Assembly (NCBI GenBank): GCA_002269645.1 | Contig: NIVC01003323.1 | Location: 40,177 to 104,176, forward strand | DNA length: 64,000 bases | Reading direction: 5' to 3' | From: Macrostomum lignano | Lineage: Eukaryota | Shown: positions 32,101-41,800 of the stretch, piece by piece | How positions within the stretch are numbered: the first letter of the stretch is position 1 | Layout of the letters: each line of letters starts with the position of its first letter | The notes under the pieces: generated by a model | Told to the model about the DNA's origin: nothing | Databases searched by the model: none | Seen by the model: the letters and a program-made list of their open reading frames with translations, nothing else | Made by a program: the position numbers and the translations under genes

Positions 32101-33489
32101 TTTATTTCTGTAAGCTTCTACAGAGACCAGAGTCAAATGCTAAGTATCTAAAGACAATGTCTGTATCCAAACCCAATAAGCAGGGTGATGGCAACAAGAT
32201 AAAAGGAAAGTTTTCTAGTTTCAATATTAATTCTGTCTACAGAGGCCAAGATGTGAATCCTAGAAAGGAAGCTAGTAAGTCATGTTATCTGTTAATTCAC
32301 TTTTCAATTTAAACAGTCTTCATCTTACACTAGCTATAGGCTAGTTTTACATCCTATTGGAATAAGTGTAGAAAACCTGCAGATGCATGACATGGGGTCT
32401 AAAATTGTAGCTAAAAAATGTGACACAGCACATGTTAACTTTTTAACTGAATACAGATATATTCAGTTTAATTTAAGTTTAATAATTTGATTATGAGGCA
32501 TTTAGCCTTAATAAGACAGTCATAGTTACTCTTGTCATTTACATAAAATTGCACTGTTGTAGAAAATTGAAGAGTATTGAAAGTCAATAGCTTTAGCTCT
32601 TGGTTGTGACAAAAGTTTATTGAAATTAGCATTAGATCAGAAACACATTTAATAAGCATCACAGCATAGAATTAGGGTGGGTAACAGAGATAAGGCATGT
32701 ATAATGGAATAAAGAATGAGCAATAATGTATACATAGTATGCAAACCATCACCAGACAAATAACCTACCCCAAGTACTGACCCTAGAGCCCATAGTTCAC
32801 AAAAGATCCAAGTCAGTCAGAGTCCAACAAGTATACACACAGTGCAGTGTTAGTTCCAAAGAAATTACTGCCTATAATTAGTTCATGTTTTAACAAAAAC
32901 TTACCATTGCTCCATACTGATAGCTATCTAAGCAGAAAAAGCTCAAAATGAATTTTAAAACATTTCCAAATGTTGCATAAATTCAGGTAAAAATTAATTC
33001 ACAAAATGGTCAGGCAATAAAAATGCAAGTACATTATTGAAATCTGTAAAATTAATTAGCAACAGCTTTCAAAAAGCTAAATAGCTAATAAATGCATTAC
33101 AAATTTGTATTGCAGTAGACAAAGTCAGATTTATAAAGCATTTTGTAGTAATTTGGTATTGCAAGGAGCTTTGAAATAATTTTTAAGGGTATTTTAATCC
33201 TGCAGTTTCACCTAGCTGCAAACTGACAAACTAGGGAATCGGGATGTAAATTCTTGTATATTATGATAGATAAAAGCCATTCTTTTAAAGCTGTGATAAC
33301 CTGAACGTCAACAATTGTAGGAGGCAAAAAAGTGGCAAGAAAGTAAGGGAAGCTAATTGTAAAGAAATTACACTTTTTTGTATCAACTTTCTGGCACATT
33401 TACGGTTACAGACAATGAGCAAAAGACTTTCTGGTAGCTAGGGATCTCTAGCGATCTCTTCCTGCAGCTAGACATCGTAGCAATAACTA

Positions 33490-34835
33490 GAAAAAGAGGT
33501 TAGGCTCAAATACTTCTTCAGTTTCTGGAGTTCATTGAAGAATTCGCTTTTCAGTTTCAGCACTGATCGATCCTTCAGAGCTGTCTCTTACTGTCTCAGC
33601 TTTTGTAGTGCGTGTAGTCCTGGAATTTTCCCTCCAGATTCGAGCATGCGTCCGAAAGCATGCTTGAATGTGCAGCGTCCTCTTCTGACGACCTCTTGAC
33701 GTGGAGCTGCTTCAGTTTTTTGCTTTCTTACAGACTTTGGACAAAGGCTCGTAGGAAGGATCGTCACTAATAGAATCTGGAGACTTTGTCCGTGTCCGCG
33801 TATTTTTGTTTCTACCGACTTGCTTCACTGTCAAAGGAGCACCTTGAAAATCCTGATCTTCCAGCTGCTCTGCTGCAATATTATCCTCTTCACTAGCGTC
33901 GGATGCAGCTTTTGCGACGCTTTTGCGGCGTAGACGCTTAGAATGCTCAGACTCAGTAGGATCCTTCTGTTGCGATCCTTTTTACGAGGGGTGTCCCAAA
34001 AGTCGGTTCACTTTCTTCACTACAATCTTTTTTATGACCGATCAGAGATATTAAGTCTTTTGCAGTTGAAAAGAGAATTATCTGCCCGTTAAAATGACTT
34101 TCTGTTTTATTCTGTATCTGCTGGCATTCTTGAGATATGAGCACTTTTCTGCCCCACCCCCTGTGCTACTTTTACAAATTGCCATAGACCAAAGCTTTGT
34201 ACCTGATGCACGAAACGACGAAGCATTCAACGAATCAACAAAACATCCGCAACATGAAAGCTGAGGAAAGAACAGTTAAAAGTTAATCAAAATTGTCCTG
34301 AGCCTTCTCCACATAGTCACCACTGCGCTGCACACTTCTGCCATCGTAGTAAAGTAAACTTCTGCCTTCTGCCATCGATTTCTGACATCGTAGTACACCC
34401 CTCGTAGTAAAGCCAGATCGACTTGTTGCTGCTTCAGTTGACATGTCTCCGTTCTCGTTTGAATCTTTCAGTGCCCTTCTTGCTTTGTCCTCGACTTCAA
34501 GTCTGACTGAGTCGCCCAAGTCAACGTCGATGTCATCTACTTCGATCTCATCCAGGGTATTTCCTTTGATTTGATTCAGCTTTCCCGATTCGATTGCAAG
34601 CATCAATTTGCCAGCTTTTGCGAGCTCAATAGTCCTCTTGTGAATTCTGTAGAAAGTACGGTGCACTTTCAGCCTGCAAGCTGTGACCACAAGGTGTCGC
34701 GAAAGCCAGCCCAGCTCATTCTCGTTGAGCTCAAGGGGCTGGGATACCGTTGCAACGTACTTTCTCAACTTTTTTTAGGTCAAGCGCTCAGGATGTTTTA
34801 AACCCGTGCACTTTGATATCACGTTTTGAATGGCT
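33490..34835 (-). pseudogene. Tyrosine recombinase (phage-integrase-like, Crypton-like element) C-terminal remnant with a Myb/SANT-like tail
   Basis: HPERLT*KKLRKYVATVSQPLELNENELGWL..VHRTFYR..IELAKAGKLMLAIESGK..KGNTLDEI; downstream KRSSEEDAA..GKIPG..ALKDRS. Stops and frameshifts present; N-terminal core missing. Confidence 0.65.
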
Positions 34836-35616
34836 TACTTAGCTTGATCGGACGCCATTGAACAGGAAGCTACGGCTGACTTCTTCACCACAGACGGATC
34901 GGAAGTCGGGTACTGACCAGACAGTGCCCTCTTCTGAGCCGCTGATGCCTTGCCAGCGAGCTGCTGCGCTGAAGTTTCGGCAGAAACGGTAGCCTTATCG
35001 ACTTTCTTCTTTGAGGCGGCCGCTGAAGCTCTATCGTGCAGGTTCTGCAGCCTCCGCTTTGTCCTCAACAGACACGTGCTGTCAGCAGGATCCGTCAGGC
35101 GACCCATTGAACGATCATCCATCGGATTTGTCACTTCGCTTTCGACCTGAGCGAAGGAATTTTAATTAGAAAATTATGAGCTGCAAAGAAGTTCTGACTG
35201 AAACATACTAATCGGATAGAGCCCAGCTTTAACATACACTGATTCATTGATGATTTGCTTGGATCCTGGACCCCAATATGGACATATGTACATCGTGACA
35301 ATTACAATTGTTTTCTCTAACTCACCTTTTCCTTAGGCTTGGCTTCCGGGAAGCACTTCTCTGAAATGTGAGTTTCAGTATCATGCCAGCTATGTCACAA
35401 ATTGTGTGAATACATATCCCGATGAACTACTGATGGATCAGTTCTTACCACAAGATAAATGCAAGTTGAGAATTACACTAGCTGGGATTTGACGTCTGAG
35501 TTCCCAAGTATTTTCCTTACTGCAATAGAAAATGTGAGTGCACAAGATTTCAGAAGTAAAGCGTTGATTTTGCAATGTAAGCAGCAATGCCAGCTTATTT
35601 AACAAGTTTATTCTTA

Positions 35617-36075
35617 CCTTGGATAGGATTTGCTTCTCGCTAAACAGGAGGGCACATCTTCGCACAGCAGAACACAATGTCCGGCATGTTTTTCTCTACA
35701 GCCTGTCGGGCACTGTTGGCGACAACATGAAGAGTGCACCCCCTGTATCCACCAAGTGGTTTAGCTCGGGTATACTTCGGAGATGCTTGGTAACGCCTGC
35801 GTTGGTGCTACGCATGACGTTGAAATTGTCCAAGCAGTCGCCAAACTACACTAGGCAGCAAATTGTAACCCAGCACGCAATGGCGAATGTCCTCGGCACA
35901 GCTCGTGGCATCGAGAGCCTCCAGAGAAATTGCACCCAGCATTTCAATAATGACTCTTGCCAGATACGTAGCGAGCGCACACAAACAAAGCCTTCGCTTT
36001 CGTCAAAGCTGAGTAGAAGCCAGCTTCGATAATATATTTTTTTCACTTCGCTCAGCAGAAAAGGCGCAATGGCGT
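35617..36075 (-). pseudogene. hAT transposase remnant
   Basis: LSFDESEG (first catalytic Asp), CLDNFNVMRSTNAGV (second Asp) and, across a frameshift, GCTLHVVAN (CxxH). Confidence 0.65.
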
Positions 36076-36399
36076 GATTCACTAGATAAAAGAGCTCATC
36101 TCGCTCTTGTTTTTTTCGTCTTTGGCATGCTACAGTAAGCTAAGGTCGTGCAGGGAACTGGGCCCTCGTACGACTGAATCGAGATTATGATTAGTTAACA
36201 GTAACCAACAGTAACCACATATGTAAGTCGCTATTGACGGAATAGTAGTCACGTGACTGCTCTCAGCCAATAGCGACTTACATGTATGTTTTGCCAATAG
36301 AAACGGCCGAGTGAATCCCAAGGTTGCGCATGTATGCTCCTGGAGTCGATGAAGTTAACCGTCTTAACTCGTGCTTTCGATCAACAAGCTTCACAGCAA

Positions 36400-37546
36400 G
36401 CAGGCACTCTTTTCGAACAAATTCACATAGAGTTGGCAGGAAGAGCCAGCTGCCGTAGACAGTCGGGGATCCCGCGATCTTGTCGAACTGTGTCCGTCAG
36501 AAATGTGGATTTAGACAGCAGGAACTCGGCCAGTCGAGCCGAAGAAAACCAGCTGTCCGTGAACAGGTGGTAGATAAAGTTTAAAATCTGGCTGCTCATT
36601 TCCACCACAATGCGCTCGTTGAAGGTGGTCACACTCCAACTCTTGTCCAAATTTTTCAATTTCCGCATATGTACTGTGGATTAAAAAGTTCCACATGTAC
36701 CCTGTCTGGGATTCACATAGACAGTACATTTTGATGCCAAACTTGCTTTGCTTGCTTGAAATGTACTGACGAAAAAGCAGGCGTCCTTTTTACAGCACTA
36801 GCGATTCGTCAATGCAGATGTTCTGCTCTGGCAAATAAGTATTCTGCATTGCCTGCTGCATAATTCTAAGAAACGGTCGAATATTTCTTAGAGGGTCGTT
36901 CAAGTCTGCGATTGCGATGCAGTCGTAGAAGCACAGGAAGTGCATGATTTCTTTATATCGATTTTGACAGGCTTGAAGGTTGCTGCATGAAAGGGCTTTG
37001 GTCGAACGGGTCCGTAGACCAGTAAAGTTGCAATTCCGGCTTCTTGCTCAGCCCCATTAAAAAATTAGTCGCTATCACCTTCCTGGTCTCGTTCAATATG
37101 CAATTATTCCAAGTCTTCAAGATTGGTGGCACCTCAGCTGGCTCACCTCCTTCAGCTTGAAACCTTTCTAACTCAAACCAAGCTTTCTTGTTGGTCCTCT
37201 CGCACAGCTTGTTCATCAGCGCGTCAGCTAAAAATAGGTCGAAAAACCATTGAATATTGTTGTCTGAATCAGCTGGCGCCACCAAATCCGGGTTCAAGCC
37301 AGAGGTCGCCATGAATTTCGAATCTGGCTCCTGCAAACCATTCTCTCCGGGTACGACGCGTTGACAGCCACCTATTTCTTCATCCACGGATGCACTGTCT
37401 AGATCGGAAGCCTCATTGGACGAGTCAGTAGTGGAATCGCTGCTATCTTGATCCTTGTCATCGGACATCAACTGCTTAAAATCTGGTTCTTCGTCAAGTG
37501 ATGCCATGTATAACTGCTTCTGTATGCCAACTCTTATAAAATCCAA
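36400..37546 (-). pseudogene. piggyBac (PGBD4-like) transposase remnant
   Basis: FFDLFLADALMNKLCERTN, MGLSKKPELQLYWSTDP, LCESQTGYMWNF, YHLFTDSWFSSARLAEFL, TVRQDRGIP; frameshifts and deletions; TTAA ends not found. Confidence 0.85.
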
Positions 37547-38821
37547 ACTCTTATGCTAGGTTTTTTACTGTGACTTTCCTAACCACATTAATGAGATGTC
37601 ATAAGACTCCAGGTCTTTAGCGGACAGTTAAACCAACTGGCTATGACATAACTTTAAAATTATTCAACCTGTCAAAGAAGTGAGAACTCCAGTACAATTA
37701 TTCAGTCTGGAGCTGTGACACTGAGTACAAACACGACCATAGACAATATTGTTGTTGCCTGCAGCCATGGCCTGCATAGCAGGCCACCCGTCTTTAAGTG
37801 AGGAGATCAGAAGGTTCACAAAACTTAGAAATTTTTCTATGGCCTGCGGTGCAGGCCACCCGTTTGCAATTGAAATGACTTGTTTTCAATTCGTCAGGAA
37901 GAGGGGTCCATTAACATTGGCGTTGCTGTTTACAGCATATTAGCTTGCGTACTCCTGTCCTCCGTCCTCTCCATCAGCTCGCCAGTCTTTTCCAGCGCAA
38001 TCTGCAAAAGAAGATTCGTTTTACTTCACTTGATTTTTTGGGTACTCGTAGTTTACTCTCAAAATCTATCTACAGCCTGCAGGGTGCATAATTGATAAGA
38101 GTAAAAAAGCTTTGCTCAAAAATACTTTTCTGCTGGATTCCAAGTCTTCTTGCACTGCAATCAGTTAATTGGGGTTTACCTGGACCAGCCTTCTATTCTC
38201 TCCCGGAATAAAATTCTGACCTTAGCTTTCAAGTCTGCGTTTTACAAATTTTGTGGGTTGTAATGGATAAATAAAGACCTATTGTCCTTTTGTAAATTTA
38301 AACAATAACTTTATTAGCACATACTGATAAATGATCCAAGACTGGGGGTTCAAAAAACGGCAGTGGCTGGCACCGGGGCGACTTCAGACGGTCCAGGAGG
38401 TGCATTAGTACAGCTGAGGAGCTTGAACATGATGGAGATATGGTTGCCGCTTAGAAGTTGCCGGATTTTTGTCAGTAATATCGTCTCTTGGAATCTCGCA
38501 GGTCTGAGCCGGCGGCTGATCGAATCGTCTAGTCTTTTTTGTTAGAGCGTTGGGGCTGGACAGTTTTCACAAATATGTTTCTGTCAACTTTTTATGCGTT
38601 CGTGGAAATACAGGTTTTTCTTTATGCGACCAGCCAGGTCCATTTCAACCCTCACAAAACGCTCCAGCACAGAGTTACAGGGTGGTCCACCTAAGCTGTC
38701 CCTCTAAACGAGAGGTCCACGTAAGGAGGCTTTCAAACCGACGGAAGGTCCACGTAAACACACATACACTAACACAGAAAGACAGACAGACAGACAGACT
38801 GCATTCCCTCACCACCGGCAG

Positions 38822-41800
38822 GCGCGCAGCAGCGATCTCAGCACGGTCTCCAGTCGCTAGGCCGAGTGCAGCTCGCCCGCCAACCAACTTCAGCTGTTGG
38901 CGCCGATTCAAATTCAACAGCAAAGCCGGAGACGAGCAAAGAGCCGCTAAAAACTGCGGCGGCTTCGGCGAAACAGCAACGGCCGCTGCGCAGCGAACTG
39001 GACGAGATCACCAAAGGCGACATGGTGGCCAGCGGTTGGGCTCTAGCGCACAACGACGAATTGGACTACTCGGCCAAGATTGTCTTCAGCGACGAGGAGG
39101 ACGACGCTAAATATCGGACAGCGACGGCCGCCCAGTCAGAGCAGGAGCCGCAGCCAGCGACTCAAGTGAATCCCGGGACCCAGCGCCACCGAGTCCCCCA
39201 AGCTGCGTAAGCCGGCCCGCAGCAGGCAGCCCAGCAATCATTGAAGCTGAAACAGCAGAAGCAACAATCGCAGAAGAAATCAGAGCAGAAGCATTCAATG
39301 CTAAAGCAGAAAAAGCTTCGAAAAAAAGATTTAGAAGAAAAAGCCAAGGAAGGGCAGCAATCACCGGAGCATTTCTGTCCCAAGCGGGAGCAGCAGCAGC
39401 CGTCGGCGCCAGAGGATCAATCAGCAGCCAAGATCGCTCTGCTTTCCAACCAGACCGCCTGCGGCGCTTCATTGACTCGACCACTCCGCTAATGGACATC
39501 GTGTACAACGGGCCCCCGTCCGACTTGGCCCAACGCCAGCAGAGCCAGCTATTCGATCTGGAGCTCACATCGTCGCTAATGCCGTCGGATTTGCATCGGC
39601 GCCGTCAACCGCCGGCCCAGCAGCAGTCGGTGATGGCGCTGGAATGGACGCGTAGCGATCTGCGCGGCGCAGATCTGGCGCTAGTCGATGCTTGCACCGG
39701 CAAGAATGTGGGAGGCGACTACTATAGGCACAGTGTGAGGGAAATTTGTGACAATCGACCGAGGAAGACTCATCGAAGACTCAGAAGAACCACAATGCGA
39801 AATATGATCTTCAAGATCGCAAGATTCACCAGCCTAATCTGAGAACTCAGGCTCCTAGTCAGCCTCATCACCAGGCAAGTCAACCTCACCAAGAAAGCCA
39901 GCCTCATCACCAAGAAAGCCAGCCTCATCACCAAGGAAGCCAGCCTCATCACCAAGAAAGCCAGCCTCATCACCAAGGAAGCCAGCCTCATCACCAAGGA
40001 AGCCAGCCTCATCACCAAGAAAGCCAGCCTCATCACCAAGGAAGCCAGCCTCATCACCAAGAAAGCCAGCCTCATCACCAAGGAAGCCAGCCTCATCACC
40101 AAGAAAGCCAGCCTCATCACCAAGGAAGCCAGCCTCATCACCAAGAAAGTCAGCCTCATCAGCAGGAAAGCCAGACTCATCACCAGACAAGCCAGCCTCA
40201 TCACCAGACAGGCCAGCCTCCTCATCACCAGGCGAGCCAGCCTCCTCATCACCAGGCGAGTCAGTCGCATCACCAGACAGGTCAGCCTCCTCATCACCAG
40301 ACAAGCCAGCCTCATCAGGCGAGCCAGCCTTATCTCCAGACAATCCAATGTAACCAGCCTGACGAATCTCAGAAACGTCAGCCTCGTCAGGCGGGCCGGC
40401 AGTCGCAGACTGAGCACTGCGGCAGCTGTGAGACCCGCGACTCCGGCGTTGAAACTTCGGTTGACCTGCCGTCCCAGGCCAGCAGCAACCGCAGCAGCCC
40501 CGGTCAGCCCACCGCCGCGATGCACTCGGCCACAGTTGGCGCTGAATTTGCCGCTGTTGACGGAGATCCGATCGGCTCGCTGCCTCGCCGCCTACGGGAT
40601 GCCTGCGAGTTGCCCCCATCGCCAGCAGTCGGCAGCCTCGACGAATGCAGTTCGCAGTCTTCACAGTCGAGAATGGCCTCGTGGGAGGATCGCGGCTCGG
40701 CGTCCGGGAAAGTCAGCGGAGATTTACAGGTTATTATTGGGGTTGGAATTTGCGATGCATTACTGCCTACTGCCAGTAGCATCTGCCGAGATTTACAAGT
40801 TATTATTGGGGTTGGAATGTGCGATGCATTACTGCCTACTGCCAGTAGCATCTGCCGAGATTTACAAGTTATTATTGGGGTTGGAATGTGCGATGCATTA
40901 CTGCCTACTGCCAGTAGCATCTGCCGAGATTTACAAGTTATTATTGGGGTTGGAATGTGCGATGCATTACTGCCTACTGCCAGTAGCATCTGCCGAGATT
41001 TACAGGTTATTGGGGTTAGTTTTTGAGGGGATTTTTGATGCTTGATAAATTATTATATCATTGTTTTTGTCACTTTTTTAGCAACCTATTGGCAGCCAGA
41101 AGCGTCAGCAGTTTCCATTGGCAACGGCATTAGCAACGACTGGTGGTGACTCATTCAGCTCATATCAGTTGGGGCTGCAACAGCAGCAGCAGAAACTGGC
41201 TTCCAGTATATTAATTAGCCAATCAATGGTTGCTAAACCTGCTTTATTAGCGGCTTATGCCAGCCTGCTCCAGCAAGGGACGGCTCGCGCCGGGCTGCAG
41301 CACCGGATGCACGGACTGTGTGGCCAGGTGTGTGAATGATATAACTGCTAGTTGCATTGCAGCAGACTCCAATTCCCAGCTGTGTGAGTAAGGGGGGGGC
41401 AGCAGACCCTGATTCCCAGCTGCATGAGTATGGCCCACCTAATTTGCATTGCTGGTAATTCAGTAATAAAAGGCATTAATATGATAACTAATAAAGCATT
41501 CTATCTGACTCCGCCCACAGCAGCAGCAGGCCAGACCTAGTCCACAGGCTCCGTTCGATAGCATTAGCAACTCGCCAGCAAATCGGCTGTTTAATAATCA
41601 ACTAAACTCTCCATGTCCTGGCGTGAGTTCAGCTATTTTATCCTGCTCAACAAATCATGACTGTTTTGCTTGTTGAGCTAGGTCAGTCATTAAACCTTTG
41701 TTCTACAGAAGCCCATCTCCGGCCTGCCGCCTGCGGCCGCGCCGGAATTTCGCTCCCCAGCCGGTGGCGTCGTTCCATTCTCGCCGCATCAACCGCCGCC

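Noticed and set aside
29300-33400. Short ORFs in very AT-rich DNA
   Set aside because: Compositional Ile/Lys/Phe-rich ORFs without motifs or splice support.
37900-38260. Possible minus-strand exons (IALEKTGELMERTEDR...)
   Set aside because: Phases of the candidate exons do not match, and I recognise no homology.
39770-40664. Minus-strand ORFs (LVMRLA and GDEAGFL repeats)
   Set aside because: Antisense of the HQESQPH repeat; PRRC2 motifs are on the plus strand.
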